A DNA stretch of 64,000 nt, taken from positions 236-64,235 of the forward strand of contig CBDDIZ010000011.1 in assembly GCA_965229305.1 (NCBI GenBank), read 5' to 3'. Below the pieces are notes generated by a model. It searched no databases and had not been told where the DNA came from. It saw only the letters and a program-made list of their open reading frames with translations. Positions within the stretch are counted from its first letter, which is position 1. Every line of letters starts with the position of its first letter. Positions 32,337-40,969 of this stretch are shown here, piece by piece. Origin of the DNA: Bryobacteraceae bacterium. GTDB lineage: Bacteria; Acidobacteriota; Terriglobia; Bryobacterales; Bryobacteraceae. A program made the translations under genes and the position numbers.

Positions 32337-32373
32337 CAGTCCCCGTGCGCTGGGGATATACTGGCAGGCGCTC

Positions 32374-34215
32374 ATGCGCCTTGCCACTTCCCTCCTACTT
32401 CTCCTGCCCGCCTTCGCCGCGGACCCCTCCGTGCACGTCACCACGCCCATGGCCCCGCCTGCCTGGGCCCTGCTCGAACGCAAACTGCTGGCCGCCAACA
32501 CCGAAGCCGTCGACCGCTTCGCGCGTAAATACCTCGATAGCCGCGGCTATCTGTTGCATACCCCGCGCTGGGGCACGCTCGATGGTCCCGATGACGCCAT
32601 CGAGACTTACTTCAACTGGACGCTGCTCTATACCCTCGGTGGCGGCGATGCGCCCCTTGTCCATTACAAGAAAGCCTACGAAGGCCACCTGCGTCAGTAC
32701 GGCGAACTCCGCACCAAACTGACGGAACTCTCCAAGAACGGCGCTTACTACAAAGAATTCATCACGCAATCCGATTGGTTCCACATCGGTGAAGGCATGC
32801 GCGGCTTCCATTTTCTGGGTATGGCCGATCCCAGCGCCCCCCTCTATCGCGGCCGCGTCAAACGCTTCGCCGGCCTCTACATGAATGAAGACCCCGAGGC
32901 GCCGAACTACGATCCGCAGCACAAGATCATCAAGAGCATTTGGACCGGCAGCCAGGGGCCCATGCTCCGCCAAGCGACCACCTACGATTGGGTGGGCGAC
33001 CCCGTGCCCGGTAGCTTTCATCTCTTCCATAACCCGGCCGGCAAGAGCAAACTCCTCAACCTCGAAGCCAATTACAAAAAGATGCTCGCTCACTGCGACG
33101 AGTATCTCGATAGCGTCGGCGATAACTTCCTCAACCTTGCCGCCACCAATCTCTTTGTCAATGCCTACGCCCTCACCGGCGAAGCCAAATACAAGCAGTG
33201 GATTGAGGACTACGTCGGCGCCTGGCGTCAGCGCGCGGCCCAGACGGGTGGCAACATCCCTTCGAATATCGGGCTCGATGGCAAGCTCGGCGGCGCGCAC
33301 AACGGTCAATGGTGGAAGGGCACTTACGGCTGGAACTTCACCATCTTCGATGGCGAACTCGAGAAGATCGCTCATCGCAATTACTTCACCGCCGGCTCCT
33401 GGCCCGGCTTCAGCAACGCCCTGTTAGTCACCGGCGACCAGGGCTTCATCGACGTGCTTCGCAAACAGATGGACAACATCTACGCGCAGAAGAAGATCGT
33501 CAATGGCCGGCCGATGCTTCCCATCATGTATGGCGACCCCCGGGGCTATAAGTACGATGGCCCGCCCGAGTGGTATCAGTACACGCCCGACCTGATGACG
33601 GACCGTCTGGCGGAAATCTACTTCTGGTCCATGAATCGCAAAGACCTGGAACGCCTCCCGCTCACCGGCTTCCTCGGCTATCTCGAAGGCAAGGACCCGG
33701 ACTATCCCCTCAAAGCCCTGCAAAAAGACTTCGCCGAACTGCGCAAGAACATGTCCGAAATCGACCACGACGAGACTACCCCGGACACTCGCCTCGCCGA
33801 CTATCTCCTCGAGCTCAACCCCGCCGTCACCGACACGCTCACCAATCTCACCATGGGCGCCTACTTCGGCCGCGGCCGCATCTGGACGCTACATGCCCGC
33901 TTCCGCTACTTCGATCCGGCCCGTCAGCGTCCGGGCTTGCCCGAGGACGTGGGCGCGCTGGTGGAGAAGCTCGGCGCCGATTCCGCCACGCTCACTCTCG
34001 TCAACACCAACCCCATCGACGCCCGCACCGTCAGCGTGCAGGCCGGTGGCTATGGCGAACATCACTTCCAGAGCGTCCTGGTCAATGGGCAGCGTGTCGC
34101 GGTCAACGGACCCCTGCTCACCGTCAGGCTCGATGCCGGTTCCGGCGCCAAGCTTGAATTTGAGATGGCCCGCTACCGGAATCCGCTGACGCTCACGCTG
34201 CCCTGGAATCGTTAG
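32374..34215 (+). CDS. Secreted hypothetical protein (~613 aa), family not recognised
   Basis: ATG at 32374 gives the signal peptide MRLATSLLLLLPAFAADP. Normal amino-acid composition. The track's longer N-terminus overlaps xthA and is Pro/Ser/Arg junk. Confidence 0.6.
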   Translation: MRLATSLLLLLPAFAADPSVHVTTPMAPPAWALLERKLLAANTEAVDRFARKYLDSRGYLLHTPRWGTLDGPDDAIETYFNWTLLYTLGGGDAPLVHYKKAYEGHLRQYGELRTKLTELSKNGAYYKEFITQSDWFHIGEGMRGFHFLGMADPSAPLYRGRVKRFAGLYMNEDPEAPNYDPQHKIIKSIWTGSQGPMLRQATTYDWVGDPVPGSFHLFHNPAGKSKLLNLEANYKKMLAHCDEYLDSVGDNFLNLAATNLFVNAYALTGEAKYKQWIEDYVGAWRQRAAQTGGNIPSNIGLDGKLGGAHNGQWWKGTYGWNFTIFDGELEKIAHRNYFTAGSWPGFSNALLVTGDQGFIDVLRKQMDNIYAQKKIVNGRPMLPIMYGDPRGYKYDGPPEWYQYTPDLMTDRLAEIYFWSMNRKDLERLPLTGFLGYLEGKDPDYPLKALQKDFAELRKNMSEIDHDETTPDTRLADYLLELNPAVTDTLTNLTMGAYFGRGRIWTLHARFRYFDPARQRPGLPEDVGALVEKLGADSATLTLVNTNPIDARTVSVQAGGYGEHHFQSVLVNGQRVAVNGPLLTVRLDAGSGAKLEFEMARYRNPLTLTLPWNR

Positions 34216-34892
34216 TTAGTCCGCCGCGCGGAGTACTTGGTCAAAGTGTCGACGTAGGTCTTCGCCACCGCCGGCGTCGACTCCTTCTCGAAAATCTCGC
34301 GATTCTTCATCTTGCGCTTCGGCCCGCCATAGAGATCGGCGATCGCGTCCTCGTCTTCGCGAATCGTCGCGCCGGCCAGCGAGACGCCCGCGAAGGCTCC
34401 GCGGCTGCGCGAATAGCTGAGGATCTCCGCGCGCATCTGGGCGTCCGTCGCGGCATTGGCATCGCGCCCCACCGGCCCGCCGGCGACGCTCGCGTCCGCG
34501 CCGATCGTGAACTTGTTGTTCAGCAGCTTATTGATCCCCGCTTGATTCATCACCAGCAGCACGACGTCCACCTCGGCCCCGCCCGCCTGCAAACCGATGC
34601 TGCCGCCCTCGATCCGCACGGCGCCCGGCGCCGTCCACGCACTGCCATCCTTCGTCCGGCAAGTGATAAAGCCGCGCCCGAAGCGCGCTCCGAAGATAAA
34701 AGCGCCCTTCTTCAACCCGGGTACCACCACCGCGCATTCGCTCTTGATCAACAGATCCTTCGGAATGCTCTTTTCCCCTTGAGTCATTACCTCATTCACC
34801 ACCAGCGTGGCGGCCTCCAGGCGCTTCTCGAGAGCCGTCTGCGCCGGCAGGGTCAGCACGGCGCAAAACGCGGCGAACAACAGTTTCTTCAT
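34212..34892 (-). CDS. Lipid-binding SYLF (Ysc84/DUF500) domain protein, secreted
   Basis: Signal peptide. GAFIFGARFGRGFITCR..GGSIGLQAGGAEVDVVLLVMN..FTIGADASVAGGPVGRDA..SRGAFAGVSLAGATI. Confidence 0.8.
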   Translation of the reverse strand: MKKLLFAAFCAVLTLPAQTALEKRLEAATLVVNEVMTQGEKSIPKDLLIKSECAVVVPGLKKGAFIFGARFGRGFITCRTKDGSAWTAPGAVRIEGGSIGLQAGGAEVDVVLLVMNQAGINKLLNNKFTIGADASVAGGPVGRDANAATDAQMRAEILSYSRSRGAFAGVSLAGATIREDEDAIADLYGGPKRKMKNREIFEKESTPAVAKTYVDTLTKYSARRTN

Positions 34893-34956
34893 CGCGAATC
34901 TCCTTCAGATGGAACCCGGATGCAATCCGCGCCATCCAACGGTACGGTCGATACCG

Positions 34957-35361
34957 ATGAAAACGCTCCTCACAACCCTGTTCCTGGCCATCATGGCTAT
35001 TGCCGCTCAGGATAACACCGGTACTACTTCCGCGATACTGGAAGAACGCGACTGGAAAATGACTGAGTTAGAGGGCCAACCTCTGCCCGAAGGCCTCAAG
35101 CGCATTCCCCAACTCCGCTTCAGCAAAGGAAAGGTGAGCGGCAACTCCGGCTGCAATCAAATCTTTGGCGGCTATCAGGCTCAGGACGGCCGCCTCAAGT
35201 TCGGCATGTTGGGCGGCACCTTGATGGCTTGCGCTCCCCCGGACGTCGAAGCCTCCACCAAGAAGGCCCTGGGCAAAGTCGCTCGCTACAACCTGGTCAA
35301 AGGCCAGCTCTCCCTGTTGGATGCACAAGGAAAAGTGCTGGCCCGATTTGTGGCCCTCTAA
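34957..35361 (+). CDS. META-domain (HslJ-like) protein, secreted
   Basis: Signal peptide MKTLLTTLFLAIMAIAAQ. META motifs SGNSGCNQIFGGY and GGTLMAC. Confidence 0.75.
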   Translation: MKTLLTTLFLAIMAIAAQDNTGTTSAILEERDWKMTELEGQPLPEGLKRIPQLRFSKGKVSGNSGCNQIFGGYQAQDGRLKFGMLGGTLMACAPPDVEASTKKALGKVARYNLVKGQLSLLDAQGKVLARFVAL

Positions 35362-35425
35362 TTGCTCTTGTTTAGTCGTGCGCCACACAAGGCGCGCAAT
35401 TGTTGCCGAAAACGGAGCTCACCCG

Positions 35426-35800
35426 ATGAAACTTGCCCTGCTGGCTGCCTTCTCGATCTCGTTCCTCAGTGCGGAGATCACCAACTTTGCTGACGTCAAG
35501 CATGACTACGTCCCGTCGGACTCGGGCAAAGTCGAAAAGAAAGACGGCATGCTCCACATCGACACGGGCGAGCGCGTGCTCAGCTTCAGTTCGGACAACC
35601 GTGTCCTGGTCAACATCCGCTACGAGAGAATCCGGGAAGTGGTCTATCAGCGCAACAATGATCATCTGTTGACCATCTATTTCCGCAGCGGCGGCCTACG
35701 CGATTCCGCCCGCTTCCGTCTCGACGGATCCAATCGCGACGAGATCTTACGCAGGCTTAGCACCCAATTGCCGGACGACACACAACGCTCCGGCTTCTAG
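35426..35800 (+). CDS. Small secreted hypothetical protein (124 aa)
   Basis: Signal peptide MKLALLAAFSISFLSA. No recognisable motif. Confidence 0.5.
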   Translation: MKLALLAAFSISFLSAEITNFADVKHDYVPSDSGKVEKKDGMLHIDTGERVLSFSSDNRVLVNIRYERIREVVYQRNNDHLLTIYFRSGGLRDSARFRLDGSNRDEILRRLSTQLPDDTQRSGF

Positions 35801-35817
35801 AAACGAGGATAAATAAG

Positions 35818-36582
35818 ATGAAGCAGTTTTTGACTCTGGGGTTCCTGACCGTTGCTGCCGCCGCCTGGCTGCCGGCTCAGCGAGGCATGGTGAACATTAC
35901 GCCCCGCATTACCGGCGGGGATTCCGTCAACGGGAAATGCATTATCCGCATCATGGTCGATGACACGGTGAACGTGCGCATCGGCAACGGCCAAATCCGC
36001 GTGGAGACGCTCGCCGGCCAGCCCAGCCGTGATGACGGCACCGAGTGCAGTTCGGTCCTCCGCAACGGACGCAACCTCTCCGACTTCCGCTTCCGCGGCA
36101 TCGACGGCCGTGGCGAGGTCCGCCTCCAATCGGACCCCCGCAATGACCCGCGCGGCGAAGCCGTCGTCTACATTCGGGACTCCAAGGGCGGCGACGAAGG
36201 CTACACCTTCGAAGTCAGCTGGTCCGGTGACAACGGGCAGTTCAACAACAGCGGCAACGGCGGCTTCTTTGGCAATCGCCCCGGCAACAACAATGGCTAT
36301 AACAACGGCTATAACAATGGCCAATACAATAGCGGCAACGCCAGCTATGACCGGGCGGTGAACTCCTGCATGGATCGCGTGCGCAATCAGATTCAGCGCG
36401 ACTATCGGGCGAACAACATCACGTTCGACAACATCAACACAGACAATGGCAACGGCCGCCGCGACCGCGTTTCGGGCACCGCTCGCACCGATAGCGGTCG
36501 CCGCGGTGATCGTTTCCGTTTCGACTGCGACGTCAACCTGAACAACGGCAACGTGCGCAACGTCAACATCAGCCGCAACTAA
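35818..36582 (+). CDS. Secreted hypothetical protein with Asn/Gly/Tyr-rich linker
   Basis: Signal peptide. Two globular halves are joined by GQFNNSGNGGFFGNRPGNNNGYNNGYNNGQYNSGN. Confidence 0.55.
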   Translation: MKQFLTLGFLTVAAAAWLPAQRGMVNITPRITGGDSVNGKCIIRIMVDDTVNVRIGNGQIRVETLAGQPSRDDGTECSSVLRNGRNLSDFRFRGIDGRGEVRLQSDPRNDPRGEAVVYIRDSKGGDEGYTFEVSWSGDNGQFNNSGNGGFFGNRPGNNNGYNNGYNNGQYNSGNASYDRAVNSCMDRVRNQIQRDYRANNITFDNINTDNGNGRRDRVSGTARTDSGRRGDRFRFDCDVNLNNGNVRNVNISRN

Positions 36583-37592
36583 GCCAACTTCGCGACGCGG
36601 CCGCTGTTGGCCGCGTCGCGAGTCTTTAGGCAGATCTCGTTCATCCGCCAGATGTCTTCGGTGGTGATCGGGTCGGGCCCGTTTAGATAGAGGGCTCGCA
36701 AAAATTCGACTAACAGGCTTTGCGGCGCCGGCAAAGGGTGAATCACCTTGGTCGGCGCTTCGTACGTCATCAGGGTCACGCCCGTCGACGCTTGATACTC
36801 CACCACGCCTTTGGTCCCGGCCAGCCGCAGGCGGTCGTCTTCATGCGTCGCAGCTCCGGTCGGCCTCAGATAATCCATCCGCAGTGTGGCCACGCCACCG
36901 TTATCGAGGTGAAACAGAGCTGCCGCCGTGTTCTCCCGATCGCCCAATTCCGGCCAACCCAACCGCGCCTGGAATGCCGCGGCCGCCACGAACTCCCGCC
37001 CGCTCGTCCACCGCATGAGATCCGCCATGTGGATCCCCACCCACGGGATCGTCCCGCCGTAGCTCGCTGCCTTGTTGCGCCACTTCACGTCGGGAGCCGG
37101 CTTATATGACTTCTGCCCGCCGATCTGCGCAACCTCCCCGATTTGCCCCGACGCCACAATATGCTTCAATGCCTGAAAGTGCGGCGTAAAGCGCAACGGG
37201 AGCATCATGGTGTGCCGCACCCGGCTCTTTTCCACTGCTTGGCGGCACTTCACCAGATCCGTCATCTTGATCGCATACGGCTTTTCGGCAATGAAGTTCA
37301 AGCCGCGTTCCGCACAGGCCATAATGGCCGCCGCCCGCGCCCCGTTGTCATTGCAAACCGCGACGATGTCGGGCTTCTCCCGGTCCAGCACCGGCCGATA
37401 GTCCTCACCGCTGTTGACTTGTGCCACAATCTGTAGCTCCGGCAAAGATTTTGCCGGCGTTGTGACCTCCGCGGTATGGCCTTCTTTGCCAATAATGACG
37501 ATACGTACCTTGCGGGGTAGGTGCAGTGGCTCGGCGGCAGCGGAGGCTGCCGCGAACATCACCGCCCGGCGGCTGAGACTTGTCCTCACCAT
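36579..37592 (-). CDS. Gfo/Idh/MocA-family oxidoreductase with Tat-like signal
   Basis: N-terminal SRRAVMFAAASAAA followed by Rossmann segment VRIVIIGKEGH. Typical family length (337 aa). Confidence 0.8.
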   Translation of the reverse strand: MVRTSLSRRAVMFAAASAAAEPLHLPRKVRIVIIGKEGHTAEVTTPAKSLPELQIVAQVNSGEDYRPVLDREKPDIVAVCNDNGARAAAIMACAERGLNFIAEKPYAIKMTDLVKCRQAVEKSRVRHTMMLPLRFTPHFQALKHIVASGQIGEVAQIGGQKSYKPAPDVKWRNKAASYGGTIPWVGIHMADLMRWTSGREFVAAAAFQARLGWPELGDRENTAAALFHLDNGGVATLRMDYLRPTGAATHEDDRLRLAGTKGVVEYQASTGVTLMTYEAPTKVIHPLPAPQSLLVEFLRALYLNGPDPITTEDIWRMNEICLKTRDAANSGRVAKLA

Positions 37593-37625
37593 GACGAGTC
37601 CAGCATACTAAACAGAGAGTGTTTC

Positions 37626-38225
37626 ATGAGTAACCAACGCCTGGCCTGCATCTTGCTTGGAGCTTGGCTGTGTGGAAGTTTGTTAATTGCTTGCATTGCT
37701 TTTGGCAACTTCAAGGTGGCGGACCGGATGCTGATGAGCCCGTCGCTGCCCGGCGCCGCGAAAGCCATCCAGACCCTCGGCACGGTTGATGCCCGTTATC
37801 TGTTGCGGCATGAAGTCGGCGAAATCAATCGCACCATCTTCGAGTACTGGGGCTTGGCCCAGTTGGCCTTTGGCGTCATCCTGTTTTTCCTGCTGTTGTT
37901 CGGCACCACGGTGAACTACAAGCTCTTGGCGATCTCCGCGGTGATGGTGCTGCTGGTCGGCATCAATCAGTTCGCCGTTCTGCCCAGCATCATCGGGCTG
38001 GGCCGCGCGGTCGAGTTCAGCGACATCCCTAAGTTTCCGTCGCAACGGCAGCAACTGGCCGCCATGCAAACGGTTTACACCGGCTTTGAATGTTTGAAGG
38101 CGCTCACCGGCCTTGGGCTCGCCGTGCTACTGGTCTTTTCCCGCGCGGATCGGAAACGCCGCGGACGCCGTGCCTCCGACGTCAACTCGATCGATCACGC
38201 CGATTACAGCCATATCAATCGGTGA
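37626..38225 (+). CDS. Hypothetical integral membrane protein (~199 aa)
   Basis: ATG at 37626. Four predicted hydrophobic helices. 3' end overlaps the last BMC-P gene convergently. Confidence 0.55.
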   Translation: MSNQRLACILLGAWLCGSLLIACIAFGNFKVADRMLMSPSLPGAAKAIQTLGTVDARYLLRHEVGEINRTIFEYWGLAQLAFGVILFFLLLFGTTVNYKLLAISAVMVLLVGINQFAVLPSIIGLGRAVEFSDIPKFPSQRQQLAAMQTVYTGFECLKALTGLGLAVLLVFSRADRKRRGRRASDVNSIDHADYSHINR

Positions 38226-38441
38226 GTTGGGCCGGCCCACGCTGGTCATCGCACTATAGCCTTCGGTCGTCAGCAGCACGCATTCCCCGATTCCGACGCC
38301 GATCGCATCGAAGGCGATCACCGCGTTCCCCTTATCGGATCCGTCCAGCTCCAGTGGCTGCACCACCAGCGCCGTACACCCCTGGTGACTGGCATGCTTC
38401 TCCGTGGCCACCATCTCGCCGATTACGCGCGCAATTAGCAT
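38127..38441 (-). CDS. Bacterial microcompartment vertex protein BMC-P (EutN/CcmL family), paralog 3
   Basis: MLIARVIGEMVATEK...DMAVIGVIDRV matches the EutN/CcmL pattern, with a ~17-aa C-terminal tail. Confidence 0.85.
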   Translation of the reverse strand: MLIARVIGEMVATEKHASHQGCTALVVQPLELDGSDKGNAVIAFDAIGVGIGECVLLTTEGYSAMTSVGRPNSPIDMAVIGVIDRVDVGGTASAAFPIRAGKDQ

Positions 38442-38716
38442 CCCGGACGCTCCACGTGCAGCTCATCGACGATTCCCACGATCGTCGCATTCGTGGGAAC
38501 TTCGGTCGGCAGAAACGGAAAGCTCGATTCTTTCCCGCCGCACCAGTAAATCAATTCGCCGGCGCCTACGGACCCCGTGCCGTCCGTACAGATGATCTGC
38601 TTGCCGGTGGGTTTGAGTTCGGTCGTCATCGGCTGCACCACCATCAGGCGTTGCGCCGTCAGCCCAGGATCCTTCACCGTGGCCCACACCCGGCCCACCA
38701 CGCGCCCCACTTGCAT
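38435..38716 (-). CDS. BMC-P (EutN/CcmL family), paralog 2
   Basis: MQVGRVVGRVWATVKDPGL...ATIVGIVDEL. Confidence 0.85.
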   Translation of the reverse strand: MQVGRVVGRVWATVKDPGLTAQRLMVVQPMTTELKPTGKQIICTDGTGSVGAGELIYWCGGKESSFPFLPTEVPTNATIVGIVDELHVERPGC

Positions 38717-38988
38717 CAGCGTTGATCCAGGTCGACGGTATCGACAATCGCCACGATGGCTTGGTCGACCGGTTTATCCTTGCAGCCTTCCGCCAATCGG
38801 GCCGAACTGCCACCCACCAGCAGCACCTTTTCCCGATTGCCTGCTCCCACCGTATCGACGGCGATCACGTACCCCGCCTCGTCATGTCCTTCCGGCGACA
38901 CCGGCTTGACGATCAGGAGCTTCTGGCCTTCCAGGCGCGGATCCTTGCGCGTGGCCACCACCGTGCCGACGACTCGGGCCAGAATCAA
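38716..38988 (-). CDS. BMC-P (EutN/CcmL family), paralog 1
   Basis: MILARVVGTVVATRKDPRLEGQKLLIV...DQAIVAIVDTV. Confidence 0.9.
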   Translation of the reverse strand: MILARVVGTVVATRKDPRLEGQKLLIVKPVSPEGHDEAGYVIAVDTVGAGNREKVLLVGGSSARLAEGCKDKPVDQAIVAIVDTVDLDQR

Positions 38989-39001
38989 GAGCTTCCCTCG
39001 C

Positions 39002-39286
39002 TTACTTGCTCGCCTTGCCGATCGGCAGGACGTCTTCCAGGCTCGGATGCGGCCGCGGAATCACGTGGACAGCGATCAGTTCGCCCACCCGGCGCGCCGC
39101 GGCGGCGCCCGCGTCCGTGGCCGCGCGCACCGCGGCCACATCGCCGCGCACCAGCGCCGTCACATATCCGGAACCGATCTTTTCCCAGCCCACCAAGTTC
39201 ACCTTAGCGGCCTTCACCATCGCGTCGGCGGCTTCAATCATCGCCACCATGCCGCGGGTTTCCACCATACCGAGTGCTTCACCCAT
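39002..39286 (-). CDS. BMC-H hexameric shell protein (Pfam00936, PduA/EutM/CcmK-like)
   Basis: [57 protein letters not shown]. Confidence 0.9.
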   Translation of the reverse strand: MGEALGMVETRGMVAMIEAADAMVKAAKVNLVGWEKIGSGYVTALVRGDVAAVRAATDAGAAAARRVGELIAVHVIPRPHPSLEDVLPIGKASK

Positions 39287-39315
39287 TGCGTTTCGTCTTC
39301 TCCAGCCCTCTTATG

Positions 39316-40086
39316 CTACCGCGCTTTCAGAGCTTCATCCACCAAGGCAATCAGTTCTTCGCGCGTCACATAAAATCGTTCGCCGTCGCTCGGAAGTTCT
39401 TCCGCCACCACCGGACAGCCCGGCGCCGCCGAGTTCCGCGACGCGATGCCGTAGCGGGATCTGGCGTCGAACAGCTTGTCCACTTCTTCGCGCGGCAAGA
39501 GCTTCGCGCCGCCCAGCAACTCCGCCACCAGCGTAATCCGCGACGAATGCTCTACGGTCTCCATCAGGTAGTACGCCTTCCAGACGTCCGTCCCGTAGCA
39601 CGTGACGCCGTGATTCCCCAACAGGATCGCGTCGTAGTTGGGGATCAGCGGCAGCATCGGCTTCAGCAGCTCTTCGGTGCCCGGCAAACCGTAAGCGGCC
39701 AGAGGTACACACCCCAGCGCCACAATCACTTCCGGCAGAATCGCCTGATTCAGGCTCCGGCCCGCCGCCGCAAAACCCGTCCCGATTGGCGGATGACAAT
39801 GCACCACGGCCTGGATGTCCGGCCGCAGCCGGTAGATCGCCAGGTGCATGTTGATCTCGCTGGTCCGCTCCCGGGTTCCGGCCACCTTTTTGCCTTCCGG
39901 ATTCACAATGATCAGGTCATCGGGCTTCATCCGGCCCTTGCTGATCCCCGTGGGCGTACACAGGATCCGTTCGGCGTCCAGCCGGATGCTGATGTTGCCG
40001 TCATTGGACGCAACCCAGCCTTTCGTCCAGCAAAGCCGCCCAATCTCGACAATATCTTCGCGGAGTTCCGCTTCAGTTTTGGCCAT
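39316..40086 (-). CDS. Class II aldolase/adducin-family protein (fuculose/rhamnulose-1-P aldolase-like) with ~40-aa C-terminal extension
   Basis: GNISIRL.., metal-ligand context VVHCHPPIGTGFAAAG, LLGNHGVTCYG. Extra C-terminus ends in TREELIALVDEALKAR. Confidence 0.9.
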   Translation of the reverse strand: MAKTEAELREDIVEIGRLCWTKGWVASNDGNISIRLDAERILCTPTGISKGRMKPDDLIIVNPEGKKVAGTRERTSEINMHLAIYRLRPDIQAVVHCHPPIGTGFAAAGRSLNQAILPEVIVALGCVPLAAYGLPGTEELLKPMLPLIPNYDAILLGNHGVTCYGTDVWKAYYLMETVEHSSRITLVAELLGGAKLLPREEVDKLFDARSRYGIASRNSAAPGCPVVAEELPSDGERFYVTREELIALVDEALKAR

Positions 40087-40126
40087 TCGTGCGCAGGAAA
40101 CCTAATTCTAGCAATAGAATAGGAAA

Positions 40127-40969
40127 GTGGAGAATCGTCCCATGTGCCCGAACTGCCGGGCCCTGCTTTCAACCGCGGACCGTGTCTGCCCCTACTGCGA
40201 GTTTCAGATCCAGCCCCCTCTGCCCCCCGTGCCGCGCCGCCGGGCCGAGGCCACCGAAGTCCTCGGCGGCTTCATTCCGCAGGACCGTTTCGTTACCTTC
40301 ATCATCCTCACCATCAACGTCGCGCTTTACTTAGCCTGCTCCCTGATGAATCCCGACGGCACCGCCTTCGGCGACATGAGCACGCGCGTTCTGATGTTGT
40401 TCGGCGCCAAGCGCGGCGATTTCATCCTGGAGAACGGACAATGGTTCCGCCTGGTCACCGCCGGCTTCCTGCATGGCGGCCTTCTGCACCTGCTGATGAA
40501 CTCCTGGGCCCTCCTCGACGTCGGCTCCTTCGTCGAACGCACCTTCGGCATCTGGCGCTACCTCGCCATCTACTTTGCCTCCACCGTCGGCGGCTTCTAC
40601 CTCAGCGCCAAAATGTCCTACTACGTCCCCTCGGTCGGCTCTTCCGCCGGCATCTTCGGCCTCATCGGCTCCATGATTGCCCTCGGCCTCATCGACCGTT
40701 CTGCCATGGGAGAAGAAATTAAACAACAAGCCATCCGTTGGGCTATGTACGGCCTGCTGATGGGCCTGCTACCATTCAATGTCGACAACGCCGCGCACGT
40801 CGGTGGTCTCTTCACGGGTCTGGTAGTCACTTGGGCTGCCGGCTTCCCCTCGGCCTTCATGAACTGGAAGGAACGTCTGTGGCAGGTGCTGGGCTCGCTC
40901 AGCCTCATCCTCACCGGCCTTTCGTTCCTGCGTTGGTATTGGTGGTTCGCGAGTCTTCAGTCGCAGTGA
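40127..40969 (+). CDS. Rhomboid-family intramembrane serine protease with N-terminal zinc ribbon
   Basis: CPNC..CPYC; GFLHGGLLHLLMNSWAL; catalytic GSSAGIFGLIG; AHVGGLFTG. Confidence 0.85.
   Translation: MENRPMCPNCRALLSTADRVCPYCEFQIQPPLPPVPRRRAEATEVLGGFIPQDRFVTFIILTINVALYLACSLMNPDGTAFGDMSTRVLMLFGAKRGDFILENGQWFRLVTAGFLHGGLLHLLMNSWALLDVGSFVERTFGIWRYLAIYFASTVGGFYLSAKMSYYVPSVGSSAGIFGLIGSMIALGLIDRSAMGEEIKQQAIRWAMYGLLMGLLPFNVDNAAHVGGLFTGLVVTWAAGFPSAFMNWKERLWQVLGSLSLILTGLSFLRWYWWFASLQSQ

Noticed and set aside
31717-32373. 219-codon N-terminal extension of the 832-aa track ORF, overlapping xthA
   Set aside because: The extension is Pro/Ser/Ala/Arg-rich and out of frame with xthA, which has clear motifs. 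An internal ATG at 32374 gives a canonical signal peptide.
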